Shown piece after piece: positions 23,320-36,500 of a stretch of 64,000 nucleotides of DNA (position 1 is its first letter; each line of letters starts with the position of its first letter). This stretch comes from Malacoraja senta (Eukaryota): NCBI GenBank assembly GCA_038087875.1, contig JAXLNO010001705.1, positions 620,001-684,000 of the forward strand, read 5' to 3'. The notes below the pieces were generated by a model. The model did not search any database. It was not told where the DNA came from and saw only the letters and a list, made by a program, of their open reading frames with translations. Made by a program: the position numbers and the translations under genes.

Positions 23320-24970
23320 TCTCTCGAAATCCTGGAAGCATTGGTAAACACTTTCCAATGTCCTATAGATTCTGGATCAGTTCCTGTGCATTGAGGGTAG
23401 ATAATGTTATCCCACTTTTCAAGGAAGGAGGGAGAGAGAAAGCAAAGAGAGACCAGTTGGCCTGACATCTGTATTGGGGAAGATGCTGGAGTCGATTATC
23501 AAATATGTAACAGCGGCGCATTTAGTTAGCAGTAACAGAGTCGTTCCAAGTCAGCATGGATTTACGAAGGGGAAATCATGCATGACAAATCTTCTGGAGG
23601 TTTTTGAGGATGTAACAAGTAAAATGGACAAGGGAGAGCCAGTGGATGTAGTGTACCTGAGCTTTCAGAAAGCCTTTGACAAGGTCCCACACAGGTGATT
23701 AGTGAGCAAAATTAGAGCATATGGTATTGAGGGTAGGGTATTGACATGAATAGAAAATTGGTTAACAGACAGGAAACAAAGAGTAGGAATTAACGGGTCC
23801 CTTTCAAAATAGGGTGCCGCAAGGCTCGTTGCTGGGACCGCAGCTATTTACAATATACATTCCTGATTTAGATGAAGGAATTAAAAGTAACATGTGCAAA
23901 TTTGCAGGTGACACAAAGCTGGGTGGCAATGCGAACTGTGAAGAAAATGCTATGAGGATTCGGGGTGACTTGGACAGGTTGGGTGAATGGGCAGATGATT
24001 GGCAGATGCAGTATAATGTTGCTAAATGTGAGGTTATCCACTTTGGAGGCAAGAACGGAAAGGCAGATTATTAGCTGAATGATGTCAGGTTAGGACAAGG
24101 GGAAGGACAACGAGACCTGGGTATCCTAGTACATCAGTCACTGAAAGTAAGCATACAGGTACAACAGGCAGTGAAGAAACCTAATGGCATGTTGGCCTAC
24201 ATAAAGAGAGTAGTTGAGTTTCGGAGCAAAGTGGTCCTTCTGCAGTTGTACAAGCCCCTGGTGAGACCACAGCTGGAGTAATGTGTGCAGTTTTGCTCTC
24301 CTAATTTGAGGCAGGACATTCTTGCAATTGAGGGAGTGCAGCGTAGGTTCACGAGGTTAATGCCGGGATGGCGGGACTGACACGGAGATAGAATGGAGCG
24401 CCTCAGCTTATATTGACTAGAATTTAGAAGGAGGAGAGGGAATCTTTAAAAAAAAAACATAAAATTATTAAGGGATTGGACACGGTAGATGCAGGAAACA
24501 TGTTCCTGATGTTGGGGGAGTCCAGAACCAGGGGGCCACAGTTTAAGAATAAGGGGAGCCCATTTAACATAGAAACATAGTAAATAGGTGCAGGAGGAGG
24601 CCGTTCGGCCCTTCGAGCCGGGATCACCATTCATTGTGATCATGGCTGATCGTCCCCAATCAATAACCCGTGCCTGCCTTCTCCCCATATCCCTTGATTC
24701 CACTAGCCATTCCATTAGGACTGAGATGAGGGAAAAAAATTCACTCAAAGAGTTGTGAATTTGTGTAATTCTCTGCATCAGAAGGCAATGGAGGCCGATT
24801 CACTTGATGCATTCAAAAGAGTTAGATAGATCTCTTAAGGCTAGCGAAATCAAGGCGTATGGGGAGAAGTCAGGAACGGGGTACTGATTATGGACGATCA
24901 GCCATGATCACATTGAATGCTTCGAAGGGCCGAATGGCCTACTCCTGCACCTATTGTCTATGCATCGGTG
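23320..24970 (+). mobile_element. Degenerate CR1 in the J-C intron, with a small inverted CR1 3' piece at about 24570-24710
   Basis: RT fragments and CR1 3'UTR. Confidence 0.85.
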
Positions 24971-25399
24971 TAATCCATTTGTTATTGTGTTATTCATTGA
25001 TATTTCAACAATCATTGGCTCGGTGGCCTTTGGACCAATCTATTTCGATGGTCCATGGACGGAGTTATTTGGATTTGTGTGAAGAGTTTCAGTAAATGTG
25101 TGTTGTGGGATTCAGCCCATCAGCGGTAGCATTCAGCCGGTCATTGCGGGAGACGATAATGTTGCGCAATTGGACGTTTTTGTATGTTCAATTCAAATGG
25201 CAGCGACCGGGTATTGTTGTTGTACGAAGTGTCGGATTAGGTTATTTCAATAAACGCAAAGAAGATATATGTTTAAAAATAAAAATAAGAAGACATTGAT
25301 ATAAATTGATAGGACCAATAAATTCTGCAAACACTTAAAGGGTCACACAGCCTGTGGCGAAAGACAAATCTCAGGCAGGGGACCAGAAAGATAGCTGGT

Positions 25400-25555
25400 A
25401 ACGCCAGAGAACCGACTTTGTTCCCGAAATCAGTTGCAGACTGTGTAGGAATTTGTGCGTTCTCCCTGTGGTTTCTTACTGGTGCTCTGCTTTCCTCCCA
25501 CATACCGAAGATGTGCAGGTTTGCAGGTTAATTGACCTGTGTGATTGTCCCTGGT
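25400..25555 (+). mobile_element. Decayed V-SINE-like element
   Basis: Core ..GGTGCTCTGCTTTCCTCCCACATACCGAAGATGTGCAGGTTTGCAGGTTAATTG similar to 8290-8350. Confidence 0.6.
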
Positions 25556-25566
25556 GTGTCCCTGGG

Positions 25567-27545
25567 GAGAAAGGCTGACAAGGGATGTCAGGGACAGTAT
25601 AAAAGTGAAAGCGAAGAAGTACAACGGAGCAAAGATGAGCGGGAAGCAAGAGGATTGGGTAATGTTTAAAGAACCACAGAAGATAACTAAAAAGACAATA
25701 CGGGGAGAAAAGATGAGGTACGAAGGTAAGCTAGCCAAGAAGATAAAGCAGGATAGTAAAAGCTTCTTTAGGCATGTGAAGGGGAAACAAATAGTTAAGA
25801 CCAAAGTTGGACCCTTGAAGACTGAAAAAGGTGAATTTATTATGGGGAACAAGGAAATGGCAAATGAGTTGAACAGGTACTTTGGATCTGTCTTCACTAA
25901 GGAGGACACAAACAATCTTCCTGATATAGTAGTGGCCAGAGGATCTGGGGTGACAGAAGAACTGAAGGAAATCCACATTAGGCAGGAAATGGTGTTGGAT
26001 AGACTGATGGGACTGAAGGCTGATCAATCCCCAGGGCCTGATGGTCTGCATCCCAGGGTACTTAAGGAAGTGGCTCTAGAAATTGTGGATGCATTGGTGA
26101 TAATTTTCCAATGTTCTATAGACTCAGGATCAGTTCCTGTGGAAAGGCGGGAGAGAAAACAGGGAATTATAGACCAGTTAGCCTGACATTGGTGGTGGGG
26201 AAGATGCTGGAGTCAATTATAAAAGATGAGATAGCCGAACATTTGGATAGCAGTAATGGGATCGGTCCGAGTCAGCATGGATTTACGAAGGGGAAATCAT
26301 GCTTGACTAATCTTCTGGAATTTTTTGAAGATTTAACTAGGAAACTGGACATGGGAGAGCCAATGGATGTAATGTACCTGGACTTTCAGAAAGCATTTGA
26401 TAAGGTCCCACATGGGAGATTAGGGCACATGGTATTGGGGGTAGAGTGCTGACATGGATAGAGAAGTAGTTGGCAGACGGGAAACAAAGAGTAGGGATTA
26501 ACGGGTCCCTTTCAGAATGGCAGGCAGTGATTAGTGGGGTACCGCAAAGCTCGGTGCTGGGAACGCAGCTATTTACAATATACATCAATGATTTGGATGA
26601 AGGAATTCAAAGTAACATTAGCAAATTTGCAGATGACACAAAGCTGGATGGCAGTGTGAAATGTGAGGAAGATGCTATGAGAATGCAGGGTGACTTGGAC
26701 AGGTTGGAGGAGTGGGCATGTGCATGGCAGAAGAAGTTTAATGCGGATAAATGTGAGGTTATCCACTTTGGTGGCAAAAACAGGAAGGCAGATTACTATC
26801 TAAATGGCGTCAAGTTGCAAAAAGGGGAAGTACAATGGGATCTGGGGGTCCTTGTACATCAGTCTATGAAAGTAAACATGCAGGTACAGCAGGCAGTGAA
26901 GAAAGCGAATGGCATGTTGGCCTTTATAACAAGAGGAATTGAATATAGGAGCAAAGAGGTCCTTCTGCAGTTGTACAGAGCCCTAGTGAGACCACACCTG
27001 GAGTATTGTGTGCAGTTTTGGTCCCCTAATTTGAGGAAGGACATTCTTGCTATTGAGGGGGTGCAGCTTGGGTTTACAAGGTTAATTCCCAGGATGGCAG
27101 GAATGCTGAGAGAATGGAGCAGCTGGGCTTGTACACTCTGGAGTTTAGAAGGATAAGATGGGATCTCATTCAAACATATAAGATTGTTAAGGGCTTGGAA
27201 ATGCTAGAGGCAGGAAACATGTTCCCGATGTTGGGGGAGTCCAGAACCAGGGGCCACAGTTTAAGAATGAGGAGTAAGCCATTTAGAACGGAGACGAGGA
27301 AACACTTTTTCTCACAGAGAGTGGTGAGTGTGGGATTCTCTACCTCAGAGGGCGCTGGAGGCAGGTTGCCTGGATGCTTTCAAGAGAGCTAGATAGGGCT
27401 CTTAAAAATAGCGGAGTCGGGGGATATGGGGAGAAGGCAGGAACAGGGTACTGATTGGGGATGATCAGCCATGATCACATTGAATGGCGGTGCTGGCTCG
27501 AAGGGCCAAATGGCCTACTCCTGCACCTATTGTCTATTGTCTATT
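25567..27545 (+). mobile_element. CR1 LINE, 5'-truncated and frameshifted
   Basis: ORFs 25545-26186, 26111-26452 and 26470-27156; (CTATTGT)n tail. Confidence 0.9.
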
Positions 27546-28639
27546 GTGTCGGGGTGGATGCGATAGTGCGATAACATAGAACGTGTGTGTCTCCGTGGAT
27601 TCGGTTGGCAGAAAGATCTATTTCTTTGCTACATCTCTAATCTAAACTGAATTTGCCATGAATTGGTCATCCAATTGTCGTTGACCTGGAAATTTCCTGG
27701 TTTTCTCTTTCCACAAGTGCTGTCCGACCCGATGACCCATGTCTCTGTTAAATATCATGAGTTTACCTATTTAGAAAATACGTTGAATGTCAAATGGGGA
27801 AATTTCAGAACAGCTGTAGTATTTAAATGTTTTTTAATCCACTCGTTTGATCCACACAATTTTTAATCCACACAATTTGAATTGATTTTTGTCTAAGGCT
27901 CCCAATATCATTTAAGCATAAAAACATTCCTCTATTTACTAAATTGCTAATGAAAAACAGTTTACGAACAGTTACGGTAAAAAAATGAAAATTGGGGAAA
28001 TTAAGTGGAATGTTGGAAACAAAATTTTCTCTGCTATTTTAATTATATAACAGGGTATCCCACTAATCCTTGAATAGAATCAGAATTTAAATCGATGGCT
28101 CATAGGAGGGGTTGAGTGACGTTCAAAATTACATTCGCATTTAATTAATTAAAACATTGATTTAGCAACATTGTGCATTTTCACTATTGAAAGTAGACTT
28201 CCTGTATATGAATTAAAGATTTTTGCGGTTAAAGTAACGAAGCAAACTTAGATTTTTTTAATAGATTGCAGGTTGTAATTTATGATGGATATCTTCTTTA
28301 TTCGTTTCCTATCGGACAGTGATACAACGTTAAACATTCGTTCTTCAGTGCCTATGAAATTGTAAACGTAAACCCGTTTTAAAAATGCTGGAAACTGAAC
28401 TGAGCGTCAATGCACAAACATTAATTTTCATTTGATTATGAAAAGTTTTGCCATGGGCACTCTCATGGGCTCAAGCGAAACCTACCTAAATTATTTAATT
28501 GTAATTAAATTAATGCAAATGTAAATTTAAACGTCAGGCAAATCCTCCTTTGATCCATCGATTCCAATTCTCACTCTATTCACGAATTAGTGGGATACCC
28601 TGTTCTATAATTAAAATAGCAGAGAAAGTTTTGTTTCCA

Positions 28640-29160
28640 ACATTCAACATAATTTCACCAATTACCATTTGGTTGGGTACATGGAACAACCCCTGACACA
28701 GACTGCCCGATTCCCCGAGATCTTCTTCTTGTACCCATGCAGAACTCATGGACTTTATTAGCTCCTAACTGAGACCCGACGATAAAATTTACCAGGTCCA
28801 TCCCCGACATATACCTCCCCTTTGTTGATCTCACCGTCTCCATCGCAGGCGATAGACTATCAACTGACTAAATTACAAATCTACGACTCGCACAGCTATC
28901 AGGATTACAGCTCTTCCAACCATGCCTCCTGCAAAGACTCTGTGTCCTACATCCAAATTCATCCGTCTCCGCGCAACTGCTCCCAAGGTGAGTTGTTCCA
29001 TACCAGGATATCCGAGGTCCTCAATCTTTAGGGAGCGGGTGTTCCTCACTTTTACCACGTGTCTACACTATACCCTCACACGTGTTTACAGTATAACATG
29101 TAGTTCTGCCCTTACTCCATCATCCCCAGTCGCAAAAAGGAGTTTGGTGAGATTGTAACC
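28640..29160 (+). mobile_element. Decayed Penelope-like RT fragment
   Basis: Resembles the reverse complement of 34500-34900 (..LPFVDLTVSIAGDRLSTD..). Confidence 0.6.
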
Positions 29161-29194
29161 CATAGGCCAACATTAGTTATAACCACTAAGCAGT

Positions 29195-31060
29195 GAGCAT
29201 AGAAACATAGAAAATAGGTGCAGGAGGAGGCCATTCGGCCCTTTGAGCCAGCACCGCCATTCATTGTGATCATGGCTGATCGTCCCCAATCAACAACCCG
29301 TGCCTGCCTTCTCCCCATATTCCTTCATTCCACTAGGCCCTAGAGCTCTATGTAACTCTCTCTTAAATCCCTCCAGTGATTTGGTCTCCACTGCCCTCTG
29401 TGGCAAGGAATTCTACAAATTCACCACTCTCTGGGTGAAAATGTTTTTTCTCACCTCAGTCTTAAATGGCCTCCCCTTTATTCTAAGACTGTGGCCCCTG
29501 GTTCTGGACTCGCCCAACATTGGGAACATGTTTCCTGCATCTAGCTTGTCCAGTCCTTTTATAATTTTATGTTTCTATACGATTCCCCCTCATCCTTCTA
29601 AACTCCAGTGAATTCAAGCCTAGTCTTTTCAATCCTTCTTCATCCGACAGTCCCGCCATCCCAGGGATCAATCTCGTGAACCTACGCTGCACTGCCTCAA
29701 TCACAAGGATGTCCTTCCTCGAATTAGGAGACCGAAACTGTACACAATACTCCAGATATGGTCTGACCAGAGCCCTGTACAACTGCAGAAAACACTCTAC
29801 TCCTATACTGAAATCCTCTTGTTACGAAGGCCAACTTTCCATTAGCTTGTGTACAAGGACACCCAGGTCTCGCTGCACCTCCCCCTTACCTAACCTAACC
29901 CCATTGAGATAATAATCTGCCCCCTTGTTTTAGCCACCAAAGTGGATAACCTCACATTTATCTATATTATACTGCATCTGCCCACTCACTCAACCTGACC
30001 AGGTCACCCTGCAACCTGCTAACATCCTCTTTACAGTTCACACTGCCATCCAGCTTTGTGTCATCCGCAAATTTGCTAGTGTTGCTCCTAATTCCCACTT
30101 CCAAATTATTAATATATATGGTAAACAGTTGCGGCCCCAACACCTAGCCTTGCGGCACTCCACTCGCCACTGCCTGCCATTCTGAAAAGGACCCGTTCAC
30201 TCCTACTTTTAGCTTCCCTTCTGCCAACCAATTTTCTATCCATGTCAACACCCTACCCCCAATACCATGTGCTCTAATTTTAATACCCAATCTCCCGTGC
30301 GGGACCTTATCAAAAGCTTTCTGAATGTCTAGATACATTACATCCACTGGCTCCCCTTCATCCATTTTACTTGTCACATCCTCAAAAAATTCCAGAAGAT
30401 TAGTCAAGCATGATTTCCCTTTCATAAATCCATGTTGACTTGGACTAATCCTTTTACTGCTATCCAAATGTCCCATTACTACCACTTTAATAATTGACTC
30501 CAGCATCTTTCCCACCACTGAAGTCGGGCTAACTGGTCTGTAATTCCCTGTTTTCTCTCTCGCTCCTTTCTTGAAAAGTGGGATAACATTAGCTATCCTT
30601 CAATCCACAGGAACTGATCCTGAATCTATTGAACAATATAAAATGATCACCAGTGCGTCCACTATTTCTAGAGCCACCTCCATGAGGACCCTGGGATGCA
30701 GACCATCAGGCCCAGGGAAATTATCATCCTTCAGTCCCATTAGCCTACCCAATACTATTTCTCGCCTAATGAAAATTTCTTTCAGTTCCTCTACCCCCTT
30801 AGATCCTCTGTCCTCCAGTACTTCTGGGAGATTGTTTGTGTCTTCCTTAGTGAAGAGAGATCCGAAGTACCTGTTCAACTCTTCTGCCATCTCCTTGTTA
30901 CCCATTATAATTTCACTCGTCTCTGCCTTCAAGGGACCCATATTTGACTTTGCTACTCATTTTCCCTTAACATATCTACCTAAGCTTTTACTGTGCTTCT
31001 TTATATTCCTGGTCAGCTTCCCCTCGTACTTCATCTTTTCAGCCCGTATTGCCCATTTTG
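29195..31060 (-). mobile_element. Degenerate CR1
   Basis: (CATAGAAA)n tail at about 29198; RT ORF fragments 30144-30518 and 30600-30941. Confidence 0.88.
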
Positions 31061-31368
31061 CATTCCTGAGAAACCCTGGGAATTTTACAGTAATTAATAC
31101 TGGAGGCCTATCGATATATTTCCAACTCGAGATTGTGCGTACATTTGACAGTAACTGCCAGATATTGGCACCCCAAGAATGTTTCAGCGAATGTGTTCCA
31201 AGGTGGGATCAAGGCGGAATGTTGAACTAATAGCTTATGATAGTTAGGTGAAGTTTCATGAAATAGAATACTGCATAACGAATTGCTGTATAATGATTCG
31301 TCGTACTGAATATTTTGCAAAACGAGCAAGAGAGAGAGTTTAACATTCATGTGACCTTTGACTTGCAG

Positions 31369-31665
31369 CGACTGATTCCGCCCCCAGCCCCATCATTCTC
31401 TTCACCTGCGAGGATCACGGCTCCAGTGGTTCGTTCACCTACGGTTGTTTGGCGTTGGGCTATTTCCCTGCGGGCGCCAGTGTTTCTTGGAAGAAAGATG
31501 ATAAAGACCAGATCACCGGAGTGAAGGACTACCCGGCAGTGTTCAATAAGATGGGAACTTACACCCGGACCAGCGAGTTAACCATCACCGAGGCGGAGGC
31601 AAGGGGAGGCGACATCTTCTGCGTGGTTCAGCACGACCAAAAAGAGTATTAAGTGAAAGTACCAG
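31369..31665 (+). pseudogene. IGHM: Cmu1 exon with in-frame TAA at 31650-31652
   Basis: TTGCAG|CG ACT GAT...: ATDSAPSPIILFTCED...GCLALGYFP...VSW...FCVVQHDQKEY*VKVP. Donor CAG|GTTCGT. Confidence 0.9.
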
Positions 31666-31704
31666 GTTCGTGTTGGGGTGCACCGAGGCCGAGGGTGGAG
31701 TTGA

Positions 31705-32200
31705 GAGTCAAGAGTGTTTTATTGTCATATGTCCCAGATAGAACAATTAAATTCTTGCTTGCTGCAGCACAACAGAATATGTAATCATAATAAATCATAT
31801 GATAAACGAGAGTGAGAAAAAAAAGTTCAGTGTGTATATATACACATGCTCACATGTGTGTGTGTGTGTGTGTGTAAACATGCACACATACTCAAAAAAC
31901 AATCAATAACAGTGCAATAATAATAGTCTATTGTAGTTCAGAGCTTATGAGGTTGTAGTGTTTAATAGCCTGGATGTTACAGTTCTCAGGCTCCTGTACC
32001 TTCTTCCTGATGGCAGTGGTGAGATGAGTGTGTGGCCAGCATGGTGTGGGTCTCTGATGATGTTGGCTGCCTTTTTGAGGCAGCGACTCCGATACATCCC
32101 TTTGATGATGTAGAGGTCAGTGCCGGTTATAGACTGGGCAGTGATTACAACTTTTTGCAGTCTTTTCCACTCCTGGACTTTCAAGTTACCGAACCAGTCT
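31705..32200 (-). mobile_element. Rex1/Babar-type 3' fragment containing (TG)n
   Basis: ORF 31945-32235 (RCLKKAANIIRDPHH..PSGRRYRS) is homologous to 2095-2625. Confidence 0.7.
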
Positions 32201-33125
32201 ATGATGCAATGCATATAATTCGTGGGATTTGACAAATGAAGATAAGTACTTGACTTAATGTGCCCTGTTCGGTTTTATTCGTCATGTCATACTGACGTGT
32301 AGAACGCTCACCTGGGCTCCACGTTCCACCTAGTCACAGACAGACAATTCTTGTATATATAGTAATGTGAAAGTGCGGCTGCATCCACAGATGCCATGTA
32401 CCATCTGGAACAGTGACAAAACTCCATTCTCAATTTAACCACTAATGTCTCAACAGAAAGTGACAATATGGCTTACCCGCCAAATTATTCCAGCCCTTTG
32501 CTTTAAAAAAAAATCAAACAACATCTGCTGTTTCGATAAAACGGTGCGTTTTGTTTCCTGGCACCGAGGGGCGAGAGCGATATTCATAATACCGAAGCAC
32601 TTTCGTTCGTTCTTGTGACGGAACGAAAGGCGGTGCTTCAATTATCGAGGCAATTCACCATTTACAAAATCATAAAAAATTGACTTGGAAGAGAGCTTAA
32701 AAATTGACTTGGAAGAGAGCTTGAAAAGAGTGCTCATACATTTATTATCATCACTAGCACATTCATATAATTCACGCGGAACAGATCTATCCATAGACAA
32801 GTTACATTTTAACTCGCGAACAATCGAAGCGGCTGAGTGCATCATGTTGAGAACATTATCAAGAGTATTAAAAGCACAGACACTGTCATAGAGGACAAAA
32901 GCAGAACAGTCAGCCCATTACATCCCTGTGACAACTAATTACAGAGCTATAATTTCCCCATTTACGAGCACTCGATGAACCATGTTAAACAAAGCTTTTA
33001 GCAGCATCTCTGCAAGTCCAAGTAAGTGGGCGGCTACGTTTAATCGGAAAAAGTGTCAAAATATTGTGTCAATATTAATCGACAATTGTTTAAGAGCAAT
33101 CCCAATGAAGTTTATTTTCTTTCAG

Positions 33126-33443
33126 ATCGCGTGGTACATCATCCAACCATCACCATTACCATAACTGCCCTTGATGAAATGAAGCACAGCAGAAAAGCAA
33201 TCGCTGTGTGTTTGGTCAACGATTTCACCCCAGTGAAATTTACTGTGAACTGGCTGAAGAATGGAAAGCGATTGGATTCTGGCATCGTCACCTCTCCCGC
33301 CTTCCAGGTGAACGGTAACGGTAACTTCTCGGCGACCAGCCAGTTGACATTCCCAGCTGCAGAGTGGATCGGAGGTTCCGTCTATACCTGCCAAGTCAAC
33401 AATGAGAAAGATATAAAAAGCCAAAATATCAGTAGGTCGCCAG
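33126..33443 (+). CDS. IGHM: Cmu2 exon
   Basis: TTTCAG|AT; DRVVHHPTITI...VCLVNDFTP...VNWLKNG...YTCQVNN...SRSP; donor G|GTAAG. 318 nt, open. Confidence 0.93.
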
Positions 33444-33539
33444 GTAAGAAATACATCCGTGGTGTGTCTCGGGTATGAGTGGAAACATTAGCGCTCATGG
33501 TGGTAGAACTTCACTGACATTGTGAAAGCCCATATGTAG

Positions 33540-36500
33540 GAAGGAAGTGTTGATGCTGGTTTACACCGAAAGTAGACACAAAATGCCGGAGTAACAGCGG
33601 GTTAGACATCTCTGGAGAAAAGGAACAGGTGACGATTCGGGTCGAGACTCTTCTTCCGGCTAGAATCAGTGGAGAAGGAAACTAAAGGTATGAGAATGTA
33701 CAAAAAACAAATTAATGAAAGGTATGAAAAGAACAAATCAAAGCCAGCAACGATGAACAAGGAAAGGTCGAGGCCGCATTGGTCCGTTGTTGCTCTGGAA
33801 ATGGTGATAACGAGTAGATACAAAGAGTGAAACGAAACAGGGCTGCAGGGAAACTAGTAGGATGACGAGGGTGGGAGTTGGACGGAGAGAGATTGAATGC
33901 AAGGGTTACTTGAAATTAGAGAAGTCAATATTGATACTGCTGGGTCTTAGGTTCCAAAAGTGAAATATGAGGTGTTGTTCCTCGAATCTGCGTTTAGCTT
34001 CACTCTCACAGTGGAGGAAGCTCAGGACAGAACGGACAGTGTGAGAATGGGATGGGGTTTTAATGTGTTTGGGAAGCTGGTGATCGCCTAGGACAAGGCG
34101 GACAGAGCTAAGGTGTTCGGCGAAACGACAGCCACAGTCTGCGTTTTGATTCACCGATGTACAGGAACCCACATCTAGAACAGCGGATACAGTGGTTGGT
34201 GGAGGTGCAAGTCAACCTCTGCCTCATCTGAAAGGACTGTCTGGGTGTCTGGATGACGTCGAGTGAGGAGGTATCTGGGTAGTTGTTGCGTCTCCTGCAG
34301 TTGCAGGGATGGGATGACTGCTGTAGGAAGGGATTAATTAAACAGGGATTTGCGGAGGGAATGTTCTCTGAGAAAGGCGGAAAGGGGTGGAGATGGAAAG
34401 ATGTGACCGATGGTGGAATCCCATTGGAGGTGGCGAAAACGTCGGAGGATTACGTGCAGTTTCAGAAGGTTGATAGGGTGAAAGGTGAGGACTATGGGGA
34501 CTCTGTTCCGGTTAAGACGGGGGAGGGGGGATGGGAGAAAGAGATATTGCGGAGACATGGGTGAGGGCATCATCTATGATAGTAGAGAGGAAACCCCGTT
34601 CCCTAAAGAATTAGGACATCTCGGATGTCCTGGGATGAAACAGCTCATCTTGGGTGCAGATACGATGGAGAGAGAGGATAAGTGACCAGGGGTTAGTGTC
34701 TTTGCAGGAGGCAGGATGAGAAGTGTCATCCAGCAAGCTGTGGTTGTCCGTAGGTTTGTAACGGACGTTTGACGATAGCTTTCTCCTGTGATGGAGACGG
34801 TGAGATCAAGAAAGTGGAGGTAGGTCGGAGGTTGTCCAAGCGAATTTGAGTGCAGGGTGGAAATTGGAAATGATGATAATGATGTCCGTGAGTTCTGCAT
34901 TGGTGCAGGAAGTGGCCTATTTGGAGTCGATAATGTAGCAGAGAAAGAGGCAGCCATAGCTGGGGCCAATACGGGCACATGCCTACATCTTTGATATGGA
35001 GGAATTGGGAGGATTCTAATGAGACGTTGATGAGAGTGAGGAGCAGTTCCTTTAAATGGGTTAGAGTGTTAGTAGGGGGGTAATTGGTTGTTTCAGTGGT
35101 TCTTGAAGAAACGTAGGGCATTAAGCCCTCCCTGATGGGGGATGGAGGTGTAGAGTGACTGAACGCCCATAGTAAAGTGTTTTTTTTTGTTTTTTTTTTA
35201 TTTTTATTTTTTAAATTTTTATTTATTAGAAGTACATTACATTACAACCACATACATTAATACTCGTCATTTGTATCTTCTTACAATTAATGTACTCCCT
35301 TTATTTATTTTTTTACACTAGAAAAAGAAAAGATTGAAAGAAAGAAGAAAGTGAAGGAAAAAGTGAAAGTGTAGAAAAGTGTAGAAAATGTAACAACAAA
35401 AAAGGACGAAGACCCTATAAGAGCGAAATTAAAACAAAAGAAAAAGAGTTAAGAAATAGGCCCTAGGAAAAAAAAGAGAAAGAGAGGAAAAAAAAAAGAA
35501 AAACAAATATTTTTTTGAGCATTACGTAAATAGGACATACCAACTCTTCAACTATCATCCCCCCTTACCCGACCTCAATTTTTTATTTTTTTTAAAGTAC
35601 TTTTGCACCCTATGTTTGTAATAATTCTATAAATGCAGACCACGTCAGGTGGAAGTGATCTGGTTTACCTGCTAGGAGGAGTCTTATCTCTTCTAGGTGT
35701 AATGTTTCAAACATATTTGAAATCCACATATTTATAGTTGGTATTGGAGCCTTCTTCCAAAATTTTAGAATTAGCTTTTTTCCAGTTATTAACCCATAGT
35801 CCATTAATTTCTTTTGAAACACATTTAGTTCTGGATCATCTTCCGTTATTCTGAAGATAATCCATTCTGCTTTGGGTATCAGTCTTGTTTTAAATAACTT
35901 TGTAAAGATTTCAAAAATTTCATTCCAAAATTTTTGAATTTTTGTACAGAAGACGAATGAGTGCGCTATAGTAGCTTCTTGGGATTGACATTTATCACAA
36001 ATAGATGATACGTTTGGGAAAATTTTATGAATTTTAGTTTTCGAATAATATAATCTATGTAAAATTTTAAATTGTATTAAAGTGTGTCTTACATTAATCG
36101 AGCATTTATGCACGTTTAATAAGTATTCATTCCAACTTTCCTTTGAAATTTTAATAGCTAACTCTTGTTCCCAGTCTCTTCTGATACCCTCCGTAGGTGG
36201 TATTTGTACATTTAAAATAATATTATACAAATATGATATTAAGTTTGCTGATTCCGCTTTTATCTGCATTGCCTCGTCCAATACATCTACTGGGTTATTA
36301 TAATGATCTTTTGTATATTTTTTCAAATAGTCGCATATTTGAAAATATTTAAAATATTGATTATTTCCGAGTTTATATTTTATTTGTAATTGTTGAAATG
36401 AAAGTAATTTTCCAGTTTCATACAAGTCACCAAGCGTTTTATTTCCTAGTCTATCCCATTGTGTATAAGCTTTATCTATAATAGAAGGACTAAACGAAGG

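Noticed and set aside
22747-31368. Class-switch region in the J-C intron
   Set aside because: No G-rich or AGCT tandem array seen, and the cluster has a single C gene.
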